From positions 21,671-85,670 of the forward strand of contig CAZQGQ010000002.1 in assembly GCA_964593365.1 (NCBI GenBank): DNA of 64,000 nt, written 5' to 3'. The position numbers and the translations under genes are program-made. The DNA is from an uncultured Candidatus Saccharibacteria bacterium. GTDB lineage: Bacteria > Patescibacteriota > Minisyncoccia > Phycocordibacterales > Phycocordibacteraceae. The notes beneath the pieces are model-generated. The model saw nothing but the letters and a program-made list of their open reading frames with translations, was not told the origin of the DNA and ran no database searches. Shown here in pieces: positions 26,363 through 36,797 of this stretch; the stretch's first letter is position 1, and each line of letters starts with the position of its first letter.

Positions 26363-27622
26363 TTATTTTCCTGTTGTAAGAAACTGTACGGCTCGATCGC
26401 GCTGCGGATCCTTGCCTGCCTCCGTGTCTGCTTGGGAGCGCTCGACGACAATGTCTGGCGTAAGACCTCCGTCTGAAATAGAGCGACCTGAAGGAGTGAG
26501 CCATTTAGCGATCGTGATTTTGAGGGATCCTCCACCGATGTCGACAAGTTCCTGAACCGATCCCTTGCCGTATGAGTTAACGCCGATCAAAGTCGCAACG
26601 TCAGTGTCCTGGAGCGCGCCTGCAAGAATCTCAGAGGCTGATGCTGAGCCATGGTCTATAAGAATGGCGATCGTGGTCCCGTTTGGAATGCCGCCGGTAC
26701 CGCGGGAGCGCTGGATGACGTCTTCTTTCGCTCCTTCGTAGTCTTCTGTCACGATCACTTCGCCCTCAGGAAGGAAGTGGCTTGCTGTTGAGACAGCCGC
26801 GGCAAGGTAGCCTCCTGGGTTTCCGCGAAGGTCGATAAGAAGGCGGTGCGAACCTGAAGCGCGGAACTCGGCGAGTGCGCGCGTGAACAAGGATCCTGAG
26901 TTTGCGCTAAAGCTGTAGAAGGAGATGGTGTAGACGTTGTTTATAGGATCAAGCGAGGATTCGATGATCGGCACCTGGATGGTTGCCCGGGTAACAGTAA
27001 TCTCAAGCGTCTCACCTGCGCGAAGCATGCGGAACGTGATGGGCGTCCCTTCCTTGCCACGAATCTTCTTGACCGCCTCTTCAGTTGAAGAGCCGTCAGT
27101 AGACACGTCATCTATTGCAAGAATGAGGTCGCCAGCGCGAACGCCCGCCTTTTCTGCAGGGGTTCCTTTGAGTGGCGCAATGACTGTCAGCACTCCTTCC
27201 TTGTTAAGCCCGATCTCCATTCCTACGCCGCTGAAGTTCCCAGCGATATCCTCGGCAAAGAGCTTTGCCTCGTCCGGACGGAGAAACACCGTGTATGGAT
27301 CGTTATAGCTTTGCGCTAGCCCATCGATAGCTCCCCAAAGCTTTTCTCGTGCGTTAGGAATGGTCGTCGAAGCGTGCGTTTCGACGAAGCGGGTATCGAG
27401 CACGTTCCAGGCCTTCCAGAAATCAGAGAGATCAACTGAAAGATCCGGAGTCGGATCAAGGCCGCCGTTCAACAGTGGGATATCTGAGAAGACTTTGGTG
27501 CCAGAAGCCCCCACCGAAAGCCCTCCGACAAAGCCAAGCGCGGCAACGATTGCACAGAGCGCCGCAATTCGAGCGATACCCATCATAAAGGTGGGACGCT
27601 CGTGCTTCTCAGAGTCAGTCAT
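26363..27622 (-). CDS. ctpA: Carboxyl-terminal processing protease (S41, PDZ)
   Basis: DPYT, G.G.EI, DLRGNPGG, SASASEI, GKGSVQ. Confidence 0.93.
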   Translation of the reverse strand: MTDSEKHERPTFMMGIARIAALCAIVAALGFVGGLSVGASGTKVFSDIPLLNGGLDPTPDLSVDLSDFWKAWNVLDTRFVETHASTTIPNAREKLWGAIDGLAQSYNDPYTVFLRPDEAKLFAEDIAGNFSGVGMEIGLNKEGVLTVIAPLKGTPAEKAGVRAGDLILAIDDVSTDGSSTEEAVKKIRGKEGTPITFRMLRAGETLEITVTRATIQVPIIESSLDPINNVYTISFYSFSANSGSLFTRALAEFRASGSHRLLIDLRGNPGGYLAAAVSTASHFLPEGEVIVTEDYEGAKEDVIQRSRGTGGIPNGTTIAILIDHGSASASEILAGALQDTDVATLIGVNSYGKGSVQELVDIGGGSLKITIAKWLTPSGRSISDGGLTPDIVVERSQADTEAGKDPQRDRAVQFLTTGK

Positions 27623-27682
27623 TCTAAAAATTATACCACACGCCGCTTTTGAAGCGTGTACAAGAACGGTATACTGTCACTC

Positions 27683-28600
27683 ATGACAACACGGCATGAG
27701 CGAGGATCGGTCACCTGGGTCGACTTGGAATCCCCAACACGCGAAGAGCTGCATGCGGTGATCGAGGAATTTGGCATCGATGCCCGTATCGAAGCGGAAA
27801 TCGTCTCCCCGACCCCCTATCCACTGGTCGCAACCTTCCCTACCTACTCGTATCTGATCCTTCACTTCCCTACCGCAGACGCTACCTGCGGCACCCGCAA
27901 CCAGGAGGTCGATATTATCGCTGGTAAGAACTTCCTCATTACCGCCCGTTACGAAGTGGTGAGCTGCATCCATTCCCTCCATAAGGCGTTTGAAGCGGAA
28001 ATACTCCTTAGTGCCCCGAGCAAGGAATCAGACACCTCATTCCTTCTGGAGCGCGTTATGCGGCACCTGTACTCAAGCATGCGCGAGGAGATCGAGCAGG
28101 TCGCACGAACCCTGGATCGGATCGAAGGCGACATCTTCGGAGGCTCAGAGCGCAAGATGGTGCGCGCCATCTCTGAAGTCGGGCGCATCTTGCTCCGCTT
28201 TGATACGACACTCGCCAGGCACGAGGAGCCTCTTTCAGAATTCCTCCTCGAACTCCAGGCCCCTTCTATTCTTGGTAAGAAACTCGGAGCTTCTGCTTCT
28301 CACATCGAAGGAGAACGCTCCCACGTGGCAGCCCTTGTCGCTTCCTACCGCGCAGTCGCCCGTGAGCTTCGAAGTACCAACGATTCGTTGCTTTCAACGT
28401 CTCAAAACGACGTGATGCGAATCTTTACCGTCATCAACGTGGCGATCCTCCCGCTTGCCCTTATCGCAGCGCTGTTTGGCATGCACGCGAAGCATCCTCC
28501 GATACTTGGTACGCCCCATGACTTCTGGATTATCATCGGCCTCATGGTACTTGTTGAAGTGCTTATGCTTCTCTTCCTTCGACTGAAGCGTTGGATCTAG
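27683..28600 (+). CDS. corA: CorA family divalent cation transporter
   Basis: WVDL..PT, two C-terminal TMs, FGMH variant of the GMN motif. Confidence 0.85.
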   Translation: MTTRHERGSVTWVDLESPTREELHAVIEEFGIDARIEAEIVSPTPYPLVATFPTYSYLILHFPTADATCGTRNQEVDIIAGKNFLITARYEVVSCIHSLHKAFEAEILLSAPSKESDTSFLLERVMRHLYSSMREEIEQVARTLDRIEGDIFGGSERKMVRAISEVGRILLRFDTTLARHEEPLSEFLLELQAPSILGKKLGASASHIEGERSHVAALVASYRAVARELRSTNDSLLSTSQNDVMRIFTVINVAILPLALIAALFGMHAKHPPILGTPHDFWIIIGLMVLVEVLMLLFLRLKRWI

Positions 28601-28603
28601 CGT

Positions 28604-30040
28604 ATGTGGCCGTTTAGCAAAGAGAAGCGAAAAGGTCCTGGAGCACCCATATTCCTTACCAACACGCTTTCGGGAGACAAGGAACGATTCTCCCCTCTTA
28701 AGGCCGGAAAAGTGCTGCAGTACTCGTGCGGACCGACCGTCTACGGCCCCCAACATATCGGCAACCTTCGAGCTGCTGTCTTCTCTGACACCCTTGCCCG
28801 CACCCTTACGTTGGGCGGATACAAAGTGCGCCGGGTAGTTAACATCACGGACGTCGGGCACATGGTCGGAGACGGAGACGAAGGAGAGGACAAGATGCAA
28901 GTGGGAGCTAAGCGCGAGAACGTGCGTCCGGAAGAAATCGCAGAACGCTACACCAAGCAATACTTGGGAGACATCAAGGCGCTCAACATCAATACGGATT
29001 CTATCCTCTTCCCGCGGGCAACCGAGTACATCAAGGAGCAAATAGCGATGATCGACGCTCTTGAAAAGAAAGGACTTGCCTACCGTGCTGAAGACGGCGT
29101 CTATTTTGATACGAAGAAGTTTCCTGATTACGGAAAGCTCGGCGGGATTATGGACGTGAAGCTCATGGCCGGAGCGCGCGTGAAGATGATCAGCGGCAAG
29201 CGAAACATCCATGACTTTGCGCTTTGGCGCTTTGCAAAGAAAGGAGACCTACAGGTATGGGGCTCTCCGTGGGGACCCGGAAATCCCGGCTGGAGCATCG
29301 AATGCTCTGCGATGGCACGCGCGCTTCTAGGCGAGACGATCGACATACACACAGGAGGCGAAGACCATGTAGGCGTTCACCACAACAATGAGATCGCACA
29401 GTCTGAAGGAGCAAACGGCAGGCCGCTCGCTCGCTACTGGCTCCACAATGCCTTCCTTACTATTGAAGGAGAGAAAGTTTCCAAGTCTCTCGGAAACATT
29501 TACGTACTTGCCGACATCACCGCAAAGGGATTCGATCCACTCGCGCTCCGTTACTTCTTCATGCAGGCTCATTACCGCTCCTCACTCTCCTTCTCCTTCG
29601 AAGCGCTTCAAGCCTCTGCAGAAGGACTGACTCGCCTCCAGCGCAGCGCAGCGCAAATCCAAAAGAGGGCTGGTGGACGCGAAAGCGAATCAGATGTGAG
29701 GCAGAAGATAGACACCCTTCTCAAAGACGACCTTGGGACTCCTAAAGCCCTTGCCTGCCTCTGGGAGGCGCTTGGAAGCGACGAGCTTACCGACCGAGAG
29801 AAATGGGGCGCTATCGTGACTGCAGACGCGGTTCTTGGCCTTTCCTTGGGCTTTTCGGAGAACACCCTATCTCTTTCAGAGCTTCCAGAAGACCTCCAGA
29901 CGCTTGCGCAGGAGCGTGAGCAGGCTCGCAAAGCCAAGGACTTTGCCCGCTCGGACGAATTACGTATCCACTTATCAAACCGGGGATATCATGTGGAAGA
30001 CACCCCTTCCGGACCCCTCTTCAGCAAAAGCACGAAGTGA
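28604..30040 (+). CDS. cysS: Cysteinyl-tRNA synthetase
   Basis: CGPTVY..HIGN, NITDV, PGW.IECS, HH.NE, KVSKS. Confidence 0.95.
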   Translation: MWPFSKEKRKGPGAPIFLTNTLSGDKERFSPLKAGKVLQYSCGPTVYGPQHIGNLRAAVFSDTLARTLTLGGYKVRRVVNITDVGHMVGDGDEGEDKMQVGAKRENVRPEEIAERYTKQYLGDIKALNINTDSILFPRATEYIKEQIAMIDALEKKGLAYRAEDGVYFDTKKFPDYGKLGGIMDVKLMAGARVKMISGKRNIHDFALWRFAKKGDLQVWGSPWGPGNPGWSIECSAMARALLGETIDIHTGGEDHVGVHHNNEIAQSEGANGRPLARYWLHNAFLTIEGEKVSKSLGNIYVLADITAKGFDPLALRYFFMQAHYRSSLSFSFEALQASAEGLTRLQRSAAQIQKRAGGRESESDVRQKIDTLLKDDLGTPKALACLWEALGSDELTDREKWGAIVTADAVLGLSLGFSENTLSLSELPEDLQTLAQEREQARKAKDFARSDELRIHLSNRGYHVEDTPSGPLFSKSTK

Positions 30041-30054
30041 TACTATGAGCCGTA

Positions 30055-31419
30055 ATGGCTTCTGACCCCACGCTTCGCGTTCCTCCCCAAAGTCTTGATT
30101 CCGAGCGTGCGCTTCTCGGTTCCCTACTTCTAAAGCCCGACGCACTTCACGACGTTGCTGATACGGTCCGCGCTGATTCTTTTTACGCGGAAAAGCACAA
30201 GCTTATTTTCGAAGCGATGCGCGATCTCTCTGACCGCGGGGAGCCTATCGATCTCCTCTCCCTTTCAGAGCGCCTCACCGGTAACGGAGCGCTCGAGCGC
30301 GCAGGCGGCAGAGCCTACATCGCGGAGCTTGCAAACGCAGCTCCGGCTCCTGGAAACTACGCTCACTACGCAGAACTAGTAGCGCGCAAGCACGTGATGC
30401 GCTCATTGATCGATGTCTCGTACACGATCACTGAAAGCGCGTATGACGAAGGACGCGAAGCGGCCGAGCTTCTGGATGAGGCTGAAAAACAAATCTATGC
30501 GATCGGGAACGGCATGTCTTCGCATAAGTTCACCGCAATCTCCGACAAGCTTGGAGACGCGTGGGATCGCATCGAGGCGATGTCCAAGAAAGAAGACGGC
30601 ATCCGCGGCGTGCCAACTGGATTCTCAGGACTCGACAGTCTTCTCTCCGGTCTTCACCCGTCTGACCTCGTGATTCTTGCCGCACGACCTTCGGTCGGTA
30701 AGTCATCCTTGATGCTCGATATCGTGCGCCATGCTGCCGTGCATCACAATGTCCCAGTCGGTATCTTCTCGCTTGAAATGAGCTCGGAGCAGCTTATCGA
30801 TCGCATGCTCTCAGCAGAGTCGTACGTGAACGCATGGAAGATCCGCACCGGAGCCATCAAGGAGGAGGAAGATTTCGCAAGGATTCGTGACGCATTGGAG
30901 ACCCTATCCAAGGCTCCTATTTATATAGACGACAAGCCAGGCAACAACATCCTCGCCATGCGCGCGGTAGCCAGGCGCTTGAAGCGCGAACGCGGTATCG
31001 GGCTCATTGTCGTTGACTACCTCCAGCTCATGGCCCCCGTTGGCGCTAAAGCTTCAGATTCCATGGTGCAGCAGGTCACGGAGATCTCTCGCTCCCTGAA
31101 GCAGCTTGCTCGTGAGTTGAATGTGCCGGTGCTTGCTCTCTCCCAGCTTTCCCGTGCCGTCGAACAGCGAGGCGGTAAGCCGCGCCTTTCAGACCTTCGC
31201 GACTCAGGCTCGATTGAGCAGGACGCTGACGTTGTTATGTTCATCCACCGAGACGACAAGCGTAACCCTGATTCGGATCGCCCGAACATCGCTGAGATCC
31301 TTATCGAGAAGCATCGCAACGGTCCGACCGGCAAAGTCGATCTCTACTTTGATGAGAAGCGCGCAAGCTACCAGTCCGTGGACACCAAGGGATACGGCGA
31401 GCTCGCTAACGAATTTTAA
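30055..31419 (+). CDS. dnaB: Replicative DNA helicase
   Basis: AARPSVGKS, SLEMS, VDYLQL, SQLSR, DLRDSGSIEQDAD. Confidence 0.97.
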   Translation: MASDPTLRVPPQSLDSERALLGSLLLKPDALHDVADTVRADSFYAEKHKLIFEAMRDLSDRGEPIDLLSLSERLTGNGALERAGGRAYIAELANAAPAPGNYAHYAELVARKHVMRSLIDVSYTITESAYDEGREAAELLDEAEKQIYAIGNGMSSHKFTAISDKLGDAWDRIEAMSKKEDGIRGVPTGFSGLDSLLSGLHPSDLVILAARPSVGKSSLMLDIVRHAAVHHNVPVGIFSLEMSSEQLIDRMLSAESYVNAWKIRTGAIKEEEDFARIRDALETLSKAPIYIDDKPGNNILAMRAVARRLKRERGIGLIVVDYLQLMAPVGAKASDSMVQQVTEISRSLKQLARELNVPVLALSQLSRAVEQRGGKPRLSDLRDSGSIEQDADVVMFIHRDDKRNPDSDRPNIAEILIEKHRNGPTGKVDLYFDEKRASYQSVDTKGYGELANEF

Positions 31420-31421
31420 TC

Positions 31422-32021
31422 ATGGACCGGGTTGAGGAACTTGCGCGTGCGTTCGAACGATTTCCTGGGATAGGCCCTCGGCAGGCACGACGCTTCGTGT
31501 ACTTTCTCCTTGGCACGTCCCAAAGCGATCGCGCGAAGATCGCTTCCCTGCTGACCGATCTTAGTAAGGATGTGAAGCAGTGTCCTGAATGCATGCGCTA
31601 CGCCAACGGGGGCGCGGCCGTCTGCTCCTACTGCGCAGACACGTCTCGGGATGATTCCGTTCTCATGCTCGTCGAAAAGGACCAGGATCTTCTTGCGCTT
31701 GAGCGTGCTGGTACCTACAAGGGACGCTACTTCGTGCTTGGGGGCGTGCTCACGCTTTCTGGTAAGGGTGTGATCCGAGAGAAGGAGCTTATGAAAGCCG
31801 TTGAACGAAGATCAAAGAATGGCCTTACGGAGATTGTTCTCGCTCTTTCCGCGACAAGCGAAGGAGAGAATACCGCCGACCATCTTCGTGAATCCCTCCG
31901 ACAGTATCGGGACACGATTAAGCTCACCAAGCTTGGCCGGGGCCTCGCAACGGGATCCGAGCTTGAGTACTCAGACGCAGAAACGCTCTCGGGAGCGCTT
32001 CAAAACAGAAAGGAGACGTAA
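31422..32021 (+). CDS. recR: Recombination mediator RecR
   Basis: PGIGPRQA.R HhH, C4 zinc finger, Toprim, LEY.D.ETL. Confidence 0.93.
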   Translation: MDRVEELARAFERFPGIGPRQARRFVYFLLGTSQSDRAKIASLLTDLSKDVKQCPECMRYANGGAAVCSYCADTSRDDSVLMLVEKDQDLLALERAGTYKGRYFVLGGVLTLSGKGVIREKELMKAVERRSKNGLTEIVLALSATSEGENTADHLRESLRQYRDTIKLTKLGRGLATGSELEYSDAETLSGALQNRKET

Positions 32022-32023
32022 AC

Positions 32024-32051
32024 GAAAAACCCGCCTTCTGGCGGGATTTCG
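32024..32051. terminator. Terminator between convergent recR and rplU
   Basis: AACCCGCC-TTCT-GGCGGGATTT. Confidence 0.65.
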
Positions 32052-32384
32052 TTATGCGACTGAATCGACTTTCACTTTGATATACGGCTGGCGGTGTCCG
32101 CGGCGTTTCAAGTAGCGGCTCTTTGCCTTGTACTTAACGACGTCGATCTTCTTGGCGCGGCCAACGATCTCTACCGTTGCTGTAACCGATGCTCCCTTAA
32201 CAAAAGGGGTGCCGATAACGGCAGTCTTTCCGTCGTCTGTCATGAGCACTTCGTCGAAGGTGACTGAGTCCCCTTTCTTCAAAGCTTGGGTATTGATACC
32301 CCGACCGAGCTTCTCGATGTTGATTTGGGTGCCCTTAGAGACGACATACTGCTTGCCGCCGGTCTTGATGACTGCCAATTCCAT
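32052..32384 (-). CDS. rplU: 50S ribosomal protein L21
   Basis: AVIKTGGKQY.V, GHRQPY. Confidence 0.96.
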   Translation of the reverse strand: MELAVIKTGGKQYVVSKGTQINIEKLGRGINTQALKKGDSVTFDEVLMTDDGKTAVIGTPFVKGASVTATVEIVGRAKKIDVVKYKAKSRYLKRRGHRQPYIKVKVDSVA

Positions 32385-32444
32385 AGTCCCCGAAGAGTAC
32401 CCTAGACCAGGGCTAAAAGCAAGGTAGCGGGCCCTTTCTAAGGG

Positions 32445-33497
32445 TTATTCAGCCTCGTCAGCTCGGGGCTTTTCGAGGAGCGTGGCCTCAATCCCGGCCT
32501 TAGACTCTGCAATCCGGTATACGTCCTTATCTATCTTCCCAAGCTCCTTATATCCGGCGTTGTAATGGGAGACGGTGGTCTCCAGGGACTTCCCGAGTTT
32601 CTTGTAGTACTCCTCATAGGAGCCTATGTGCTTGCCCAGTTCCCCGACGCGCTTTTGTATCTCTACGGCTTTCTGCTCGATCTGGAGCGCCTTCAGGCCC
32701 TGCATAACTGTCTGCAGATAGGCGAGGAAGGAGGTTGGCGAGACGATGATGACCTTGTCTTTGGATGCTGCACGCTGGATGAGGTTCTCTTCCTCCCCTG
32801 CTCCCACCGAGTTTATAAGAAGCTCATAGTAGATGCCCTCGCTTGGGATGAACATGAACGCGAAGTCCATCGTTCCTTCGTCAGGACGGATGTATTTTGC
32901 CGTCTCGTTGATACGGAGTTTCAGGTCGTTCACGAATGCCTTCTCAAGCGTGATGCGCTCGACTGGGTCGGTCGTTGCGGCAAGGCGGTTGTAGTTTTCA
33001 AGCGAGAACTTAGAGTCGATCGGCACTACCTTATCATTGACGAAGACTACAGCGTCCACGATCTCTCCGTTCTTAAACGGATACTGCATCCGGAACATTC
33101 CCGGCGGAAGCACATTCTTCAATACGGTCTCAAGAAAATACTCCCCAAGGACACCTCGCTGCTTAGGGTTTTTGAGAATATCCTGCAGAGACTGCATTTG
33201 CTCTGCGAACTTCCCTGTCTGCCGCCCGATCTCTTTGACGGAGGTCAGCTCCTCGGTCATTTCCTTAATGAGGCGCGATGATTCTGAAAGCTGTACCCGC
33301 ATCGTCTCGTGCACTTGCTTGGAAGACTCGTTCATTCTCGAGTCGAGCGTGCGCTCGAGGTTCTCCATCTGCTTTTGGATAAGGAAGAGGCTATCGGGGG
33401 CCTTCGCTTCCTCCTTGCGGCGCAACATGATCCAGAGTCCTATGCCCTGCAAGAAGAGGAGCGTTAGAACGATGATGGCGATCCAAAAGAGGCTCAT
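32445..33497 (-). CDS. rmuC: DNA recombination protein RmuC
   Basis: TM + coiled coil, RG.LGE, PIDSKF, T.DFA.MFIPSE, SPT. Confidence 0.93.
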   Translation of the reverse strand: MSLFWIAIIVLTLLFLQGIGLWIMLRRKEEAKAPDSLFLIQKQMENLERTLDSRMNESSKQVHETMRVQLSESSRLIKEMTEELTSVKEIGRQTGKFAEQMQSLQDILKNPKQRGVLGEYFLETVLKNVLPPGMFRMQYPFKNGEIVDAVVFVNDKVVPIDSKFSLENYNRLAATTDPVERITLEKAFVNDLKLRINETAKYIRPDEGTMDFAFMFIPSEGIYYELLINSVGAGEEENLIQRAASKDKVIIVSPTSFLAYLQTVMQGLKALQIEQKAVEIQKRVGELGKHIGSYEEYYKKLGKSLETTVSHYNAGYKELGKIDKDVYRIAESKAGIEATLLEKPRADEAE

Positions 33498-36181
33498 GCG
33501 GCTAGTATACCGGTTTCGCTTCCCTTGCGGCGCGCAGGACCGATGAAGAAGAGTTCCTTGGCTATCTCGATAAGGAAGAGGTTCAGTACGCCGGCTGACG
33601 CGATGATGGCAAGGTCAAAGCCGCTCACAGGAACCGTATGAACGAGTGCCTGGATGAAAGGAACGAAGAGAGCCGCAAGAAGCATGAGGATGCTTCCGAG
33701 CAATGAGACCAGGAGCAACGGGTTAGAAAGGAGCGGCAGCTTCCAGAGCCTCGTACCAAAGGACTTCAAGGAGAAGGCGCCGGCGACCGAGCTTGCGGAG
33801 ATCGCGCCGAACATGATGGTGCGAAGCTCTTCCTCTGGAATACCCGTCCCGACAAGGTAGAAGTGGATGCAGATGAGCATGATGCCCGTCAGGCTTCCAA
33901 CACACACGATGAGCTTCAGAAGATCCATGGAGAGCACCTTGGCGACGTCAGGATGCTTTGGCGAGCGCTTCATGGCACTTGGATAGAGAGGCTCAAACGC
34001 AAGCGCGACGTTCATAGGACCTCCCTCAATCAAGTTCGCCCACATGATCTGGGTCGGAAGGATGGGAAGCGGGAGGCCAACAGCAAGGGACGCAGTAATA
34101 ACGAACATCTCGCTGAAGTTCGTGGAGAGCATGTACGCAAACATCTTCTTCACGTTGTCGCGAAGGCGTCTGCCTTCTTGGATCGCTTTGGTTATGACCG
34201 AGAAGTTGTCGTTCAAAAGAACGAGGTCAGACGCTTCCTTGGCGACATCGGTCCCGCTTCCAAGCGCAACGCCGATAGCGGCAGCTTCAAGCGCAGGAGC
34301 ATCGTTGACCCCGTCGCCTGTCATCGCGACAACTTCTCCAGCTGAGGTAAGCACGCGGGCAATACGAAGTTTGTCGGCCGGAGCAACGCGGGCAAAGACC
34401 GTATTCTCGCGAAGAAGCGCAAGGAGGGCATCGTCCCCGAGCTCCTTGAACTCAGCTCCGGTGTGCGCTGTAGCTCCTTCCTCGGCAATGCCTGTCTGCT
34501 TGGCAAACCAGAGCGCCGTTTCCGGATTGTCCCCGGTGAGCATTATGACGCGAGCACCCGCTCCCTGCATCTCGCGCACCGACTGCAGAGCGTCCTTTCG
34601 AACCACGTCCGAGAAGACGATGAATCCAATAAGTTCCAGTGTTGAAATGAATGCTTCAAGGTTTGCTTCCTCTGGGAAAGCCTTATCTTTGGTAACGATT
34701 CGCCCGACCGCAAGCACGCGCTTCCCTTCGCGTGCGGCACGCTTCAATGCTTCCTCAAAGTATTCTGCGTTCTCCGGAGTAAACGCGCGGTCGCCGCCTC
34801 TCGTTCCCATAGAGCGGACAGCGTGTGCGAGGAAGAGTTCCGGCACCCCCGTTACGTAAGCGACATTCTTTGCTCCTTCTTTGACGATCATGCCCCCAAA
34901 GCGGCGCGTTGAGGTGAAATGCAGCTCATCTATTCGAGGACACTCGGCTCGAAGCACGCGCTCTGAGAACCCTGCCTCAAGGCCAGCAAGAAGGATTGCC
35001 TGCTCCATAGGGCGGCCCCTCGCAACGATAAGGTCTGCACCTGGCGCCGGGTCATCCACTTCCTCTATATAGCCGTCAGAGGCGAGAACGGCAGCACGAA
35101 GCATGGTGCGGGCAGTCTCTCCGTCTGCCTCTTCAGTCGTGCCTGCGAGCGTTACAAATCCTGCAGCTTTCATTCGCCCTTCGGTCAGCGTTCCTGTCTT
35201 GTCCGTCAAAATGATACTTGTCGCTCCCAGGGTCTCGGCAGCAAGAAGATTGCGAACGAGTCCTCCTGACTTCAAGATCCGCTCCATGCCAAGCGCGAGT
35301 ACAACCGTAACGGCAGCAGGAAGGCCTTCTGGGATAGACGCGACCGCAAGAGAGATAGCGATCAGGAATGTTTCGCTAAGCGAGAGGCCACGGAGAAGTG
35401 CGAGTGTTCCGATAAGCACGATGACCACGGCAACCAAAACCAGAAGGAGCCGGGCAATGCTTTTAATATCGCGCTGCAGCGGGGTTTCGGTTCGATGCCC
35501 TTGTGAAAGTTCGCGAGCGATTGCACCCAGTTCGGTGTGCTCCCCTGTTGCAACCACGACGCCAGTCGCAGCTCCTGAGACGGTGAGGGTTCCTGCGTAT
35601 GCCATGTTCGAACGCTCAACAAGCGGCGCGTCGGGCCGAACCGGTTCTGTCGCCTTGTCTACCGGAAGCCACTCTCCTGAAAGCGCAGCCTCTTGCACCA
35701 TGAGTCCGTGCACTTCAATAAGGCGGACGTCTGCTGGCACCTTAGCGCCAGCTGAAAGCACGACGATGTCACCAGGAACGACTTCTTCAGCCGGAATCTC
35801 ACGACGCTCTCCATGGCGAAGCACCACTGCATGGGGCGCTTCTTCTTTTTGAAGAGCAGCGAATGCGTTCCCTGCCCGTCCTTCTTGGAAGATACCGATA
35901 GCGACGTTAACGAGAAGTGCGAGCGCGATAATGAGCGCATCGGTGTAGTGGGAGATGAATAGCGTTGCAAAGGCAGCAAGCAAGAGCACTACCGCGATCG
36001 GGCTTTTGAGCTGTCTGAACACGCGCTTGAACAAGGTATCGGCCGGGGGCGTAGCGAGCCGGTTGCGACCTTGGCGAAGACGAAGACGAGCCTCTTCAAG
36101 CGAGAGACCTGTCGAGGCGTCTATACCGAATGCTGTAAGCGCCTCCTTTACAGGAAGCGCGTACCACGAGCGTAACTCCAT
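33494..36181 (-). CDS. Cation-transporting P-type ATPase (type II-like)
   Basis: PEGLP, DKTGTLT, TGD, TGDGVNDAPAL; ATG 36181 is 7 nt after TATACT. Confidence 0.92.
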   Translation of the reverse strand: MELRSWYALPVKEALTAFGIDASTGLSLEEARLRLRQGRNRLATPPADTLFKRVFRQLKSPIAVVLLLAAFATLFISHYTDALIIALALLVNVAIGIFQEGRAGNAFAALQKEEAPHAVVLRHGERREIPAEEVVPGDIVVLSAGAKVPADVRLIEVHGLMVQEAALSGEWLPVDKATEPVRPDAPLVERSNMAYAGTLTVSGAATGVVVATGEHTELGAIARELSQGHRTETPLQRDIKSIARLLLVLVAVVIVLIGTLALLRGLSLSETFLIAISLAVASIPEGLPAAVTVVLALGMERILKSGGLVRNLLAAETLGATSIILTDKTGTLTEGRMKAAGFVTLAGTTEEADGETARTMLRAAVLASDGYIEEVDDPAPGADLIVARGRPMEQAILLAGLEAGFSERVLRAECPRIDELHFTSTRRFGGMIVKEGAKNVAYVTGVPELFLAHAVRSMGTRGGDRAFTPENAEYFEEALKRAAREGKRVLAVGRIVTKDKAFPEEANLEAFISTLELIGFIVFSDVVRKDALQSVREMQGAGARVIMLTGDNPETALWFAKQTGIAEEGATAHTGAEFKELGDDALLALLRENTVFARVAPADKLRIARVLTSAGEVVAMTGDGVNDAPALEAAAIGVALGSGTDVAKEASDLVLLNDNFSVITKAIQEGRRLRDNVKKMFAYMLSTNFSEMFVITASLAVGLPLPILPTQIMWANLIEGGPMNVALAFEPLYPSAMKRSPKHPDVAKVLSMDLLKLIVCVGSLTGIMLICIHFYLVGTGIPEEELRTIMFGAISASSVAGAFSLKSFGTRLWKLPLLSNPLLLVSLLGSILMLLAALFVPFIQALVHTVPVSGFDLAIIASAGVLNLFLIEIAKELFFIGPARRKGSETGILAA

Positions 36182-36219
36182 TGAAATCAGTATACCAAGA
36201 GTGTGGTACCCTACGAAAT

Positions 36220-36672
36220 ATGACGATTCATGAAGGAATAAAGGCTGGCGTTCCAGAGGCTTTAAAGGCAAAAGACGAGGTGCGCCTGCGTACCCTACGC
36301 TCCCTTTTGACCGCGATGACCAATGAGGTGGTAGCTAAAAAGCGAAAGCCTAATGAATTCCTGACTGATGAAGAGGCGCTCGCAGTCCTTAAGAGGGCTT
36401 CCAACCAGAGAAAGGACTCCATCCAGCAATTTGAGGCTGCAGGACGCGGAGAACTTGCTGAGACTGAGAAAGCAGAGCTTGCCATCATCGAGGCGCTCCT
36501 CCCTGCCCAGATGTCTAAAGAAGAGATAGAGGCGGTCGTGAAAGCGAAAATTGCCGAGATGGGAGCAGATAAATCAAAAGCCGGTCAGCTCACGGGCGCA
36601 GTCATGAAAGACCTTAAGGGTAAGGCTGACGGAGGTGATGTAAAAGCCGTTGTTGACGCACTACTTTCGTAA
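36220..36672 (+). CDS. GatB/YqeY domain protein
   Basis: ALKAKD..RL.TLR, QRKDSI.QF..AGR, LP.QMS, GKADG. Confidence 0.9.
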   Translation: MTIHEGIKAGVPEALKAKDEVRLRTLRSLLTAMTNEVVAKKRKPNEFLTDEEALAVLKRASNQRKDSIQQFEAAGRGELAETEKAELAIIEALLPAQMSKEEIEAVVKAKIAEMGADKSKAGQLTGAVMKDLKGKADGGDVKAVVDALLS

Positions 36673-36683
36673 GAACAACTCGT

Positions 36684-36758
36684 TGGTGACCTCACGGGGA
36701 ATCGAACCCCGATTTCCAGCGTGAGAGGCTAGCGTCCTAACCGTTAGACGATGAGGCC
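36684..36758 (-). tRNA. tRNA-Glu(CTC)
   Basis: GGCCTCA...TGAGGTC-A-CCA cloverleaf, anticodon CTC, GGTTCGATTCC T-arm, encoded CCA. Confidence 0.95.
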
Positions 36759-36797
36759 AGTCAGAGAAAAATACCAATACTTTACGCTTCCGGCAAG

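Noticed and set aside
28394-35852. Long antisense ORFs (e.g. 28394-29212, 34044-34859, 35103-35852)
   Set aside because: Shadow frames opposite well-supported genes (cysS, P-type ATPase), with no motifs.
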